This document shows positions 25,038 to 37,676 of a stretch of 64,000 bases of DNA, piece after piece. Below the pieces are notes generated by a model. It did not search any database, was not told where the DNA came from, and saw nothing but the letters and a program-made list of their open reading frames with translations. Origin of the DNA: Gekko japonicus (Eukaryota); assembly GCF_001447785.1 (NCBI RefSeq), contig NW_015168711.1, positions 124,001 to 188,000 on the forward strand. Direction: 5' to 3'. Position numbers and translations under genes: made by a program. Positions within the stretch are counted from its first letter, which is position 1. Every line of letters begins with the position of its first letter.

Positions 25038-25300
25038 AGAAGAAGAGAGATGAGACTGGATTTATACCCTGCCTTTCATTACCTGAAGGAGTCTCAGAGC
25101 AGTTTACAATCTCCTTTCCCTTCCCCTCCCCACAACAGACACTCTGTGAGGTAGGTAGGGCTGAGAGAGCTCTTTTGATAACGGCTTGTGAGATAACAGC
25201 TCTGAAAGAACTTGTAACTGACCCAAGGTCACACTAGCAGCTTCATGTGGAGGAGCGGGGAATCAAACCCGGTTCTCCCAGATTACAGTCCGTGGTCCTA
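25038..25300 (-). mobile_element. Squam3-type tRNA-derived SINE
   Basis: Reverse complement matches the copy at 57368-57638 (GAGAACCGGGTTTGATTCCCC..CCACATGAAGC..CTCTCAGCCC.ACCTACCTCACA..CTTCTTCT tail). Confidence 0.8.
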
Positions 25301-25324
25301 CACCTAAATTACAGTTTAAATATG

Positions 25325-25530
25325 GCACAGGCTAGCCCAATCTCACCAGATCTCAAAAGCAGGATTGGCCCTGGTTAGTACTTTTATGGGAAATACTACC
25401 AAGGGAGTTCAGTGTCAGTACTCAGAGGTCGGTAATGGCAAACCACTTCTGAACATCTCTTACTGTGAAAACCCTATGAGGTTGCTGTAAATCGGCTGTG
25501 ACTTGACAACACTCCCCCCACCACCACTTT
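25325..25530 (+). mobile_element. 5S rRNA-derived SINE (5S-Sauria type)
   Basis: GCCCAATCTCACCAGATCTC..AAGCAGG..CCTGGTTAGTACTT..TGGGA head, BovB-like tail, (CCA)n end. Confidence 0.8.
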
Positions 25531-27035
25531 GAGTACAACTGAAAAGAACATACAACTTCTGAATCAGTGGAATTTTTGGGGTGCCATTTCCTGTAAAAAC
25601 ACCAACAGCAACATAACATTGAATACTGTAAAAAGAGGCAGTGTGATCATCCAGTCCTGGCTGAAACAAGGTCAAAAGCTTTCTGCATGCTTATTTCATC
25701 TCTAATCACAGTTCATCATGTCAGACACTTTATGAATTCATCTAGCCATGACTTTTTTCAGTAAAACACTCTCAATTTTGCCAAAAACCTTTATTGTAAT
25801 ACTACAAGTTATAAATTAGAGGAGAGGAAACAATCTGTTCAATGAGCAACTATTTAAATAAGCTAGTCTAAAACAGATACTAACAGAGAGCTTCTAAAGC
25901 CAGAAAATATTATGAGTGATGGGAAGCATCACAGTTTCTAAGAAAATGCTCTAACAAATACACCTAGCCTTACAAGATACTGAAAACATGGAATGTGGTT
26001 AAATTCCTAGCGAGGGTCTTTCTCTGAGCCCCGGTCAGTTATTCCATCTTTTGGATCACCTAGTGCAAGGTATGACAAATCCAAAACTTTCTACTTTCAG
26101 TGGCCACTAGGTGGGAAAAAATTATGACTTCTTCTCCACAGTTCCCTCTGTTAACACTCTAAGTAATTATACCAAAGATTTTCAAAACAATGTTAGACAT
26201 CCATATTTAAAGGAAAGAAATCCTAGTCATCTTCAAAATGTGAGTTTTTACACTACAGTTTCTACCCTCATCATAGTATAAGCATTAATTTTTTCCCTCC
26301 TCAATAATTTGTATTTTGCATCATCACCGTGTAGAAAAAAGCATGTACACAGGCTAATCTATGTACACATGGCAAAATAAATTATCAGTCCTCTATGTGA
26401 CTATATAAAATTCCCATTCATGTAGGAAAAATGCCACATATAAATCATCCTTTGCTCACAGGCTGGCAAAATATTCCTGCGACTGATGTGGGGCCCAGTC
26501 ACTTACTCAGTATATGTGTTCTTTGAAGTCCAATTTTCTTTTTAATAAATAGGATATGTTTCATAGTTACAACAGCCCATTTGAAAATATTAATTTAAAA
26601 GCTAAAGGACTGCAAACAAAAGGCAAATCCAAAACATCTATAAGCTACTTGAAGTATATTTCAGAACAAGACCCGTCATTCAACTACACTATGCCATCCA
26701 CCATGTTCAGAAACATGAACATTATATATGATATTAGACATACTAATTGCTACTCAAGCCTGCCAGAAAGCCACACATTCTGAATCAAGAATCCTTATCA
26801 CTCCCTACCAACAATATCCTAACTGTTGCAGAGACTAGCTGCACTTCTTCAACGCTAAGAAAAAGATGCTATGCCAAGGCTTAACAAATCCCAGGCACCA
26901 GGGTGCTACAGCATCTAGCATTTTCTGCAAAGATTTTATTGTGATGTCTCAGCAATCCTCAGAAGAAGTATAAAGCATATTCATAATTTCACATCAGGAT
27001 AATTTTTTTGTGTATAATGCAAGTGGCATGAGGGT

Positions 27036-27630
27036 CTTATTTATTTATTTATTCAATTTATACCCCGCCTTCCCCACCAAAGCAGACCCTTACAAAAGGA
27101 TAAAACATCAAGAACATAACATAGATAAAACCATCTAAAAACAATCCAATGTCATAAAGTGCTAGCTAGTTTTAACTAAGACTCAGGGATGGTGGCAACA
27201 GTTATGTTAATATAATCTGCCTTGCTCATCAGCTTCTTGATCTTTATCATATATATGCGGCAGACACAGGGTGTAACGGTAGAATCAGGGCATAGAGCTC
27301 TATCTTTCTCAGTTGTTAGTGATCTTTAGTGATGATATTGTTGGTGGTGTTGGTGGTGGCTCCTTAACCAAAAGCCTGGTGGAAGAGCTCCATCTTGCAG
27401 GCCCTGCGGAACTGTAAAAGGTCCCGCGGGGCACTGATCTTTTCTGGGAGTTCATTCCACCAGTACGAAGCCACCACCGAGAAGGCCCTGGCCGTTGCCA
27501 GTCTGACGTCCTTGGGACCCGGGAGGGTCAATTAATTTTGAGGCCCTGAATGCAGTGCTCGCTGGGGTACATATGGGGAAAGGTGGTCCCTCAGGTATGT
27601 CAGCCCCTGACCATATAGTGCTTTAAAGGT
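27036..27630 (-). mobile_element. L2 3' fragment
   Basis: (TTTA)n-ATACCCCGCC tail on the plus strand. Minus translation FKALYGQG..YLRDHL.PY.P..LHS and LVE*TP-like motifs. Confidence 0.7.
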
Positions 27631-28280
27631 GACTTTACACAATTAAAAGGTGGTAGCTATGAACTGAAATAAAATCTACTGTATGTTTTCCTTAGTCAGT
27701 ATTTAGTCATATTAATGAAATTAATGACAAAAACTAGTACTCTACACCCACAGAAAAAGTGATGTTAGCTCAAACTTTTCATCATTAAATTTAAGCAGCA
27801 ACACATACAATTCTTTATAGACTTATGACAACAACACTACTATCCCACTAAAAATGGAAATCTGAAATCATCCAAATTGGGAAATATTTAAGCAAAACCT
27901 ATTTTACAAAAATTGACAGATATTTCCTTTTTCTAAATTTACAGAAACTCACTGCAAGGAAGGTATTTCCATACACAATCAAAATATTTTTACTAAACCC
28001 TGTTAACAGAAATTAGTACTATGGAAGAAATATGTTAATATTTATGGTGCTATCAATATTACACATTTGTTCTAGTCACCAAAGGCCTAGAATAACAGCA
28101 GCTGCAGGAAGTATACTTAAGAGTACTCTACTAGTATTGCTACTTTCCTAAAGCCAGAGCAAATGCAGATACTGTACATTGTATGCTGACTCCACACTCT
28201 GATCTTCACTACCTTGGAGCTGCACACCAGACGAAGGTTTAAATAGCATTCTATGATGCAACTGTACATTTATTCTGGTA

Positions 28281-28625
28281 AAGGTAAAGGTTCCCTTGCT
28301 CGAAAGCCAGTCGAATCCGACTCTAGGGTTGCGGTGCTCATCTCCGTTTCAAAGCCAAAGAGCCAGCGCTGTCTGAAGACGTTTCCGTGGTCATGTGGCC
28401 GGCATGACTAAACACCAAGGCGCACGGAACGCTGTTACCTTCCCACTGAAGTGGTACCTATTTATCTACTTGCAATTTCTTGCTTTCGAACTGCTAGGTT
28501 GGCAGGAGCTGGAACTAGAGACAGGAGCTCACTCCGTCATGCGGCACCCGGGTCTCCAACTGCTGAACTACTGACCTTTCACAACCTGCAGTTCAGCGTC
28601 TTAACCACTTGAGCCACCGCAGCTC
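28281..28625 (-). mobile_element. Full-length Sauria SINE
   Basis: tRNA-like head, GTAGATAAATAGGTACCAC core, (ACCTTT)n tail, 10-bp TSD TATTCTGGTA (28271-28280 and 28626-28635). Confidence 0.92.
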
Positions 28626-29919
28626 TATTCTGGTACTGTCTACTAAACAGAGTCCCAAATAAAATTACTTCTAAACACTTGTATACACTTTGGAAAGAAA
28701 GTCAATATTCACACTTCATCAATAGCATCATGAATGCTTTATCTGCAGAGCATTAAACTTAAGAAGTGACACCTTTACTACATTTTGCCAGACTTAATTG
28801 TTGAGAAGTTTACTTATATGGCTTTTAACAACTGCTGAACACCTCCATAAAATATTCTCAATCCAAAGCATGATAAAAGAAGGAACCAGCTGTTCCTATA
28901 AACAGAAATCTGGGGCGGACTGGTCATTTAGTTTACTGGGAAAAGTCCCAATGGCCTGCTGCCCCAAAGGGCTGCCTGTTCCAGAACCCCTGTGTTGGGA
29001 TGAGGAGAAGAACAAGCATGGCAACACCCAGCTTTGCCCTGGGCTAACCAAGGCACAGTGCAACCAGTAAGGAGAAGCATGGGAAAGATGGCAGCTGGAG
29101 AGGAATAGTGGTGCCAACAGCACTACATCTGGGCTAATAGAGGCTGAAGCCAGGCACTGCCATGTTCCTCCTCACCAGCCTCACAATGCCACCATGTCAG
29201 CAAGGAGGAGAATAGCAGTAGTACCTTCTCTCTTTCCAGCCCACTCTTTGGCCTCCATCAGGTGAACAGTCATGGCAGTAGTAGAGGCCAGGACCCTTTA
29301 CAAGGTCATTTTGGGCAAGTCCTTCCCTGTAACTAATTAAAATTAGAATGAAAAAGAATAAGCACAACATACACACACACAATCTCAGCAGACTTCTTTA
29401 TTCATAAGTAACAATGCCAAACGTCATACACTCCAATTGAAGGATATCTCACATCTATGAAACAACATTCCCTGCAAAAGATATCCTAAGTTCCTTGTCA
29501 CCTTGAAGTTTGTTTAGCAGGGCAGAGGAAAGGTTTCTAGTGCTTCTGGTTCCCAACTTCAGTCCACGTTTTACAATCTTTTTGATAACAACAAACATGG
29601 AATAGGCCCTAGCTTGTCTACTTAGATCCATCATTTTCTCAACTTAACAGGTGGAATTGCCTCAGACATGAGAAATAAGGCACACTGTCGCAAGTAATCC
29701 CTACTTGAAGACAAGCTTCAGCAAGTTCATGAAGAGCAATAGAATTGATATTTCTGTGGGGTGTTCCTGTACAGCAAATAGGTACGATAGTGCTTCCAAA
29801 CAGGGCTAGCTCACCATTCTAGAGGACTCGGAGCATTAAACCATACAAACACAGCAGCCGGAGAGGTAGCAACAGGTGCAAGCTGCGCAGATCATTGCCT
29901 CAGATCTGTGCTGCTGCCA

Positions 29920-30365
29920 TGCAGTCTAGGATGGGCTTGAGAGGCAAGCACTGCTTCTGCAACCCATCCTGGACTTTGCCGGGCTTGAGAGACAGCTCCA
30001 GGGGTCATTCTCTTATCCTGTGCACCCTTTGGGTCCAGGACAGCCTACAGAAGCAAGAACTACCATTACCACCTCTCTTGAACCTTCTCATAGCACAGAG
30101 ATAACAGTCCCTCAATCCTGTGCAGCCACCTGGTCAATGGCAGGATGCAGAGATATGCACTGCCTCTACAGCCCATCCTGGATATGTCAGGCAGCACGGG
30201 GGGGAGGGGGGCGGTGCTGGGGTCGAGGACAGGCTGCAACGTCAGCATTGCCTCTGAAGCCCATCCTGGACTTCACGGAGTAGTATAAGAGTTCCCCACC
30301 CTGGCCAGATCTGGTCTGCCACTATACAGAGGCAAATGCTGCTTCTATAGCCCATCCTGGAAACC
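29920..30365 (+). repeat. Dispersed degenerate repeat TGCYTCT.(C/A/T)AGCCCATCCTGGA
   Basis: Copies near 29951, 30160, 30249 and 30339, plus an inverted AGGATGGGCT near 29927. Confidence 0.55.
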
Positions 30366-30569
30366 GCAGGGGCTGCCCAAGGGGAAGGTACTTTGGGGCG
30401 GATCAATAGCTTGGGCCAGCCCTACACCCAAACAGTTACAAATCCGAACCTGGCTTTAAATCCCGACTCATCACACTACCTTAGCCAAGCCCTCTCCCAG
30501 GCTCGACTCCTACCTTTAAAAGGAAACCACCAGCCGGAGCTCAGAGACTTTTCCCTCTGGCTGGACAGG

Positions 30570-31280
30570 GCAGCAAGACGCGATTGTACCGGAGCCCAGT
30601 TGGAAATGAGGGCCAGTCCCGCCCCTGCCCTCGGGCTTCCCTAGCAGCTCTTCCCTTCCCTCTGGGAGAAGGCGGCCGGGCGTGGGCCCAGCCAGGGGAC
30701 CAGGATCCCCTGCCTCTCACGGGCCTCCGGGCCGAGCGTCTGGTAGGAAAGGGAGCAAGCCGCCGCCAGGCCCACGTCGGCGGGGTAAGCCTTACCCTTC
30801 TTCTCCGCCGGCTGCTTCTCCACCTCCTACAGCCGCCGCCACTGCCGCCTCCTCTTCTTCCAACCAGCGAGGGGGACTCCCCCCAGCCACTCCGCCGCCG
30901 CCTCCTCCTCCTCCCGCCGCCACCGGGGGAGGGAGGAAGGGGGGTTCCGTGCTGCTGCTGTGGTGGCGGGCAGAGGAGGGCGGGAAGGGTTGGGGGGTGG
31001 GTGTTTTGTGGGCGCCGCTCCCGACCTCGTTTGGAACCGTTCCGGCTTCCCAGTCGCTCCCGTCCCTCCCCCCACCGCCTCCCGCCTCCTCTCGCTGCGT
31101 CTCAGCCAGCCGAGGCCAAATCAAAATAGTGTCACACAATATGGCGGCCACTCCACTTGGCAAGCATCGCGAGATCTTGCCCCGAGTGCTAACGGGATAG
31201 CCGTGAAAGAAGAGAAGCAAGAGGACATGCCGAGAGCAAGGGGAGGGAATCGCCTCTGTCGCCTTGGTAACGGCTACTAA
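30570..31280. promoter_or_regulatory. CpG-island promoter, probably bidirectional
   Basis: High GC and CpG. YY1 CAATATGGCGGCC (31137-31149), BANP/ZBTB33-like TCGCGAGA (31167-31174), RFX X-box GTCGCCTTGGTAAC (31258-31271), MYB-type TAACGG sites, ETS TTCCGG, GC boxes. Confidence 0.85.
30796..31150 (-). other. Probable non-coding first exon of an unidentified housekeeping-type gene
   Basis: Starts near GCCGCCATATTG (YY1 at the TSS), G-rich GGC/GGA repeats, no ATG, strong donor AAGG|GTAAGG. The TSS is approximate. Confidence 0.6.
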
Positions 31281-31899
31281 TGCTGAACAGAGCAGGGGTC
31301 AAGTTTGACAGCGGAATGGACTCTTTTGCAGCTCCCTCTGGGGATGGCTGGAAGAGAAATCCCCTCCTGGCCGCATTCTACTTCCATCCTTCAAGGAGCG
31401 GTATAAAGTGCCACTTGTAATTTAAAAGGGCGGGGGGATAGTCGTGTGCATTCAGTGAACGGCACAATTTAAGTTCAAGTCTCTGATCCTCTTTGTCCCA
31501 GCTCCTCCTGCTGCATTTCTTTCTTCCTTTTCAAATAATTTAAATATATATTGTAGGATGAAAAAGTTACTCCCTAGGGTAAAAGTGAAGGGGGGGGGGA
31601 GAGGATTTTTAAAAAAACTGTACATACTGTCCATTAAGAATTTCACACGATGTAAGCAAGGGATTCCTGGTTATAATATATGGCTACATTGGCTTGCTTA
31701 GGGGACCGTGAGATCAGGTGGTGTCATAATGTTCTTCTAAGAAATTTTGATACCTTAAAAATGATCCTACAACCTGAGTGCATGCTTACTTTTCTAAAAC
31801 TCACGATGCACTAGCAAGTCTCAGATTCAGTCACTGAGTGCATGAGACATTCTGATGCTTCTTAAAACTAGTTACAATCAACTGCTAAATATAGTATTT

Positions 31900-32237
31900 G
31901 GGAGCTGCGGTGGCTCAGGTGGTTGAGACGCTGAACTGCAGGCTGTGGAAGGTCAGTAGTTCAGCAGTTCGAGACCCAAGTTGTCGCTCCTATCTCTAGT
32001 TCCAGCTCCTGCCAACCTAGCAGTTCGAAAGCAAGAAATTGCAAGTAGATAAATAGGTACCACTTTGGTGGGAAGGTAACAGCGTTCCGTGCGCCTTGGT
32101 GTTTAGTCATGCCGGCCACATGACCACAGAAACATCTTCGGACAGCGCTGGCTCTTCGGCTTTGAAACGGAGATGAGCACTGCAACCCTAGAGTCAGATT
32201 TGACTGGCTTTCAAGCAAGGGAACCTTTACCTTTACT
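31900..32237 (+). mobile_element. Sauria SINE (small internal deletion)
   Basis: Near-identical to the reverse complement of 28281-28625. (ACCTTT)n tail. Confidence 0.92.
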
Positions 32238-32716
32238 TTTTTACACATTCTGTGTAAAACCTGCCATACAGAGAATGCAGGGGGAAGCAGCATATAATAG
32301 ATAGCAGACACCAAACTTCCTTATTCTGAATCAGACCATTGGTCCATCAAGGTCAGTATTGTTTATTCAGACTGGCAGTGGCTCTCTGGGATCTCAGGTG
32401 GAGGTAGGTAGATAGGTAAATGGATAGAAATTAAACTATTAGTCTTCAGTAGTTGGATGTAAAGATACCATTCTTCTGGCATAATAACACATTGGCAGTG
32501 GAGGGAAGATTGAATATCACCATTTCCCCTCCACCCTTAGCCCCCAGGAGCAGTAGTAGACTAAGGGGGCTAATGCAATGGAACCAGAGGGGGAGAAGGG
32601 GAAATCCCTCTTTGACTGCTTTAGTCCACTGGTGGTGCTTTGCATGCAACCCAAAAGGTCTAACATCCCCAAGGTAGTAGCCCTGCAGCAGCATGAATTC
32701 AGGTACTAGTCTTCTA

Positions 32717-33273
32717 TAGTGTTACCAAACTCCAGGTAGAGCCTGGAGTTCTCCCAGAATTATAACTGATCTCCAGACTGCAGAGATCAATTTCCCTGGA
32801 GGAAATGGCAGCTTCGGAGGACAGACATTACATCCCACTATGGCACTGCATCCCTGTTGAGCTCTGTCGCCTCCCCAGGAACTGCCCCCATATCTCCAAG
32901 AATTTTGCAACCTGGAGTTGGCAACCCTAAGTTGAATGCTTAGAAAGTTCAATTCTTTTAACAGTCAACTGTGCAACATCTAGTCTGTTGGGCGTGACCT
33001 ATTAAGGTAAAGACGATATGATGGGGGTAGGGTTGCCAGGTCCCCATTGGCCACTTGCCAGGGATGAGGATGTAGAGCTGCAAGATCCAGGTTGGGAAAC
33101 TCCTGGAGATCTGGGGATAGAGCCTGGGGAGGACAGGGACCTCTGTGGGGCACAATGCCATAGAATCTACTCTCCAAAGTATCCATTTTCTACAGGGCAA
33201 CTGATCTCTGTAGTCTGGAGGTGAGCTGTAATTCCAGGGGATCCCAGGCCCCACCTGGAGGCTGGCATCCCTA
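32717..33273. mobile_element. Two adjacent hAT-type MITEs with TAGGGTTGCCA TIRs (32717-32929 and 33028-33273); further relics near 38340-38558, 40455-40530 and 45560-45770
   Basis: TAGGGTTGCC...GGCA(A/T)CCCTA termini and a shared interior (AATGCCATAGA..CCCTC.AAAGCAGCCATTTT). Confidence 0.7.
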
Positions 33274-34028
33274 TGCCTGGGGCATTGTGGTAGGAAAAAG
33301 TAGAAACACTGCTATCTGGTCAATGAACAGCTTCACACAAATGGTATGCAAGTGTTCGATGTTTTCACTTATATCTTGGAGACAGAGGCAGAGAATGGGC
33401 AGGAAGAATTAAACAAATTGTGAGGCTTATTGGAGGGGTTTTTTTTGCTATAGATAGAGAAGTGAATAGTCCAACCTCTGAAAAGGGTAAAACATGGTTT
33501 ATGGGCCCTTGGCTTGTTTTCTGTTCTCTACCTGTGAAGTAAGAATTGTGGTATTATCCTACCACACAGAAGCAATTTATATTAGACTGAAACAACTGCA
33601 GGAAGAACACATTAAAATCTTACCATTTGGAAAATTGCTGAAAGTATCCATTTCATATTTCTGCCCTAATTTTATTAAGACAACCTGGATCAGAACAGAA
33701 GACTTACCTGAACAAGGAGGGAGGGTTCAGCTAACACACCATATTATAGTAAAGCAACATAGCATCTCAACAAAGGCAGCTGGAAAGAGTTCCTGGCTGG
33801 GTAGCTGACCTCAGTCACCTGAATGGTTTAGCAGTGTCTGACAAGTGGTTATAAGTAAATCAGCTTTTGGACTACCAGCAGTCTCTTCTCTTTAAAACAG
33901 AGCAGCTGTTACGAACTCTCTCCAGCAAAACTAGGACTGTTTGTTTCCTAGAGCAGCATTGTAATAAAAGTTTACTTTGTCAGTTAGTTTCAGCTCTTTC
34001 AGGGCACCAAAGAGATAATACTTGGAAC

Positions 34029-34500
34029 CAGGGGTCATTTCGTAGAAAAAGAGGTGCAGGAACTCATTAGCATAACTTGTTTGCATATGCCACACCCCCT
34101 GACATCACTGGAAGTGTGTCAGAAGGCAACACCCACCGCTCAGGCTCCACTGGACTGTTTTGGATTGCTAGGTATTGGGGGGGGGGGAACGTGCAGATTT
34201 GCCCTCACAGAGGAGGAAGAGCTTGTACCTGAATAAAACTTGGTCTTAAAGGTGCCACTGGACTATTTTGGACTGCTAGCTATGGGGGGGGGGAACACAG
34301 AGATCTGCCCTCACAGAGGAGGGCGAGCTTGTACCTGAAGGTGGGTGGGCCCTGCAATTTACCTGGCTGCTTCTTGCTCCTTGTGGCCCAACTGAGGGCT
34401 GCTGGGAGGAGGGGGCGGGGCTTGCTGCATGTGCCCCACCGCCTGGGCTCCTTACTGCCGGAGCTCCGCTCCTGTGCACTCCCGCAGGAAATGACCCCTG
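34029..34500 (+). mobile_element. hAT MITE (CAGGGGTCATTTC TIR) containing a Penelope fragment (about 34228-34280)
   Basis: TIR CAGGGGTCATTTC / GAAATGACCCCTG. 8-bp TSD CTTGGAAC (34021-34028 and 34501-34508). Confidence 0.85.
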
Positions 34501-35513
34501 CTTGGAACAGAAGAACATTCAGCTCTTCCTTCCTCACTTTTGAAAAGGTCCTCAAGGCTTCATTGGGCTCAGATAGTCATCTTAATCAGGGTGGGATCCA
34601 CACTTTACACTAAGTGATTCCCAAACCGCTACAGAACGTGATATAACATTAAGTCACATTTGTGCTATTTATAGAACAAAAGAACTTAAACACAAACATT
34701 CAGATTAGTCCCCATCAGCATTGCTGGGTTCCTCTTCATAAAAGCCACATGTTATCACCTTATCATATAAGGCATCAAATGTTCGGCAAGATGTTCAAGT
34801 ATACATGCCAGAGGTTCCAGCAAAGTAGTCAGCTTAATTTTGGGAAGTGATATTTTATTCCTCCTCCAGCCAAATCTACCCCCCTTCCTAACTTACAACT
34901 GCCAGCAAAAGGGACTATCAGAGAGAGAGAGAGAGAGAGAGAGTACCAAACAGCTCCCCACCATCATGCTTTGATCTAGCTCCAGCTGAGAGTTCTTGCG
35001 TCCATTGAAGAGGCTAGAGGGACAGGACAAAGTAGCCACCTTGTCTAGATCAAGTTCCATCCAGAATCCCCCTCCCAATGAACATATTTATTGGATTGTT
35101 TAATTCATACTAGATTTTTTTAATTCACACAAGGGGGTTTTTTGAGGCAGTTTTTGGTTGAAAAGTGGGATATATTAGTAACATCATTAATTCGACAACA
35201 ACTTACATAACAGTATTCTCCTTCCCCAAAATGCAACTCTCACCAAATTGGAAAAAAAAAATCCAATGGCAAAATGGAAAGATATGTGATTATATTCATG
35301 TCACTGTTGCTTTAAGTCGAATGGAATCTTGGAGCAGACTGTGTGACAGTTGCTGGGTTTGACAGTTGGATGTAGACTCAGACTCAACAATTATATCTTA
35401 ACTCTCATTCAGTAAAGTTTCTTTGTTATTACTTCAATAACATAGTTGTAGTTCTTGTTGCAGACATCCAATGCAAAACAAGACAGTACCAGAAATGAAA
35501 TATTGTGGTTTAA

Positions 35514-35700
35514 GTAGGGATGGGCATGAACTGAAATATGAAGCAAAATTTGTGAAAAATTTTGCCCTGTTTGTGGATCAGGAACTGAAGTCCGTGACAG
35601 GTCCATGGTCACGAACTTTTCCACGAACTTTTAAGGCAGTTCTCAGGGTTCGTGCCAGTTCCTGGCCAGAGCAGAAAGCAGGAATTTAAAGGGACCCCAT
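35514..35700 (+). mobile_element. TAGGGATG-type hAT MITE fragment; related copy at 54840-55080
   Basis: Shared start TAGGGAT.GGCA..AACTGAA and shared interior. Confidence 0.55.
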
Positions 35701-35893
35701 GGGAATTATACTTCTCCATTCCCCCAGGATAATTTAATTACCTGATCCAGCCATCCCATGACTTTGGAAGAAAACTGCTTTCAATTAGTACGTAGCTGTA
35801 AAAGGCAGGGAAAAAAATAAAACTCCTGCATATCTGCAAGCTTGTTTGGCACATTGTTTGAGCCAAACGGTTGTGAGATGAAGAGGTTTGACA

Positions 35894-36279
35894 CAGGGCT
35901 CTTTGTGTAGAAAAAGCCCAGCAGGAACTCATTAGCATAATAGGCCACACCCAATAACAAGAACTCATTAGCATATTAGGCCACACCCTGACAGCACTGT
36001 TCATTAGCCCATTAGGCCACACCACCATGTTACCAGAAGTGTGGTCATCCAGACATACCCACCTTTCCCTTCTTATTCTGTTTACCTTGTTTGTTGTCAA
36101 AACCCAGGGCTTTTTAAACTCCTTTGCATGTTAGGCCACACACCCCTAATGTAGCCAATCCTAATGAGTTTCTGCTATTGGGTGTAGCCTATTATGCTAA
36201 TGAGTTCCTGCTGGGCGTGGCCAACTTGGGAGCCAGCCGGAACTCCGTTCCTGTGTGTTCCTGCCCAAAAATAGCCCTG
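35894..36279. mobile_element. CAGGGCT-TIR hAT MITE(s); related copy at 49327-49511
   Basis: CAGGGCTCTTT...AGCCCTG termini and repeated CTCATTAGCATA..AGGCCACACCC motifs. Confidence 0.65.
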
Positions 36280-36568
36280 GGTTTGAGGATCAGCTCATGC
36301 ATGATTGTAGCTGTTGAAAATAGTGTATTTGCCTGCCGAACATGTTAACAGCAAAGTTCTCAGAATCCCTATACCTAACATACATTGATTTGGTATGGAA
36401 ACTAGGACAGACCCCTGATGTCTCTGTCCTTTTGTCCTTGTTGCACATGACGCCTCCTCCCATTTTCATATCTTTCTTGTTCCACCACCAATTCAATGGG
36501 CTGCCAAAGGCCACCTACATTTTTCTTCTTTGCCAAAGACATCTACACACACATCCACACACAGAGGA

Positions 36569-36792
36569 CAGTGTTCCCTCTAAGCTGAGTTAGTGTGAGC
36601 TAGCTCACAGTTTTTTAGCCTTTGGCACACACATTTTTGTCTCGGCTCAGGAAGGAGAGCAAACTAATTTATGCAGCAGTCAAAGCAAACTAATTTATGC
36701 AGCAGCCAAATCGCTCACTCACAACTTTAATGCTAGTGGCTCACAAAGTAGAGTTTTTGCTCACAAGACTTCACAGCTTAGAGGGAACATTG
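36569..36792 (+). mobile_element. hAT MITE (CAGTGTTCCCTCTAAGCTG TIR)
   Basis: TIRs and 8-bp TSD ACAGAGGA (36561-36568 and 36793-36800). Confidence 0.9.
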
Positions 36793-36920
36793 ACAGAGGA
36801 TACACTTATAGTCTTTCCCCATTCTTAATGAGCACATGCTTTTTTTTTTTTGTAGAACACTGCCTTCTCATTAGCCTCATAAACACTGGCTAACATTATC
36901 AATAATTGATTATATTACTA

Positions 36921-37511
36921 TCTATATATCTAATACCCAAGTCACCCCATCTGTGCGGATCGCTAAATCCGCGCTCCGGGGCGACCTGGGGGGCAGGGAG
37001 AGTTTTGTGCACTCTTGGGGCAGTCCCCAGGGGTGCACAAAAATCTAAAAACTAAAAAAAAAATATCGGGGGATATTTAAATCCCCCCGAAAGTGTCAGA
37101 GCACACGNNNNNNNNNNNNNNNNNNNNNNNNNNNNNNNNNNNNNNNNNNNNNNNNNNNNNNNNNNNNNNNNNNNNNNNNNNNNNNNNNNNNNNNNNNNNN
37201 NNNNNNNNNNNNNNNNNNNNNNNNNNNNNNNNNNNNNNNNNNNNNNNNNNNNNNNNNNNNNNNNNNNNNNNNNNNNNNNNNNNNNNNNNNNNNNNNNNNN
37301 NNNNNNNNNNNNNNNNNNNNNNNNNNNNNNNNNNNNNNNNNNNNNNNNNNNNNNNNNNNNNNNNNNNNNNNNNNNNNNNNNNNNNNNNNNNNNNNNNNNN
37401 NNNNNNNNNNNNNNNNNNNNNNNNNNNNNNNNATCAGAGAGGACGTGCGCAGAGGTACAAGGGGTGAAAGAGAGAGACTCCCCCCCGCGAGTATCGCGGG
37501 TCCCCCCCTTG
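36921..37511 (+). mobile_element. Non-autonomous Helitron spanning an assembly gap
   Basis: 5' A|TCTATATATC, 3' hairpin CCCGCGA-GTA-TCGCGGG, then CTTG|T. No TSD. Confidence 0.65.
37108..37432. other. Assembly gap (325 N); second gap at 38741-38785
   Basis: Runs of N. Confidence 1.
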
Positions 37512-37676
37512 TTAACTTCTAATAGTCTTCTTTAGGAAACCCTTTGCTGAAACTCTCTGTCGCTAAAATGATATGACTATTTTATTTGGATGCGCTGCTG
37601 TAATGTAACAGAAATATTCAGGGTGAATCTTACCACAATCAGAATCTCTACAAATATTTATGACATTATTATATAG

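Noticed and set aside
25552-29330. Other small minus-strand exon candidates (about 25553-25590, 28815-28895, 29225-29327)
   Set aside because: Only moderate splice signals, which are expected by chance in long introns, and no supporting frame.
30796-31150. Assigning a gene symbol to the CpG-island gene
   Set aside because: No coding exon was recognised in the window, so any name would be a guess.
30584-31280. Long Pro/Gly/Ala-rich ORFs in the track, including plus-strand MAATPLGKH..
   Set aside because: Stop-poor GC-rich CpG island. The ATGGCGGC is the YY1 motif and its frame stops after 19 codons without a donor.
31900-31980. tRNA gene (also 40164-40190 and 57368-57440)
   Set aside because: These are tRNA-derived SINE heads with no complete cloverleaf.
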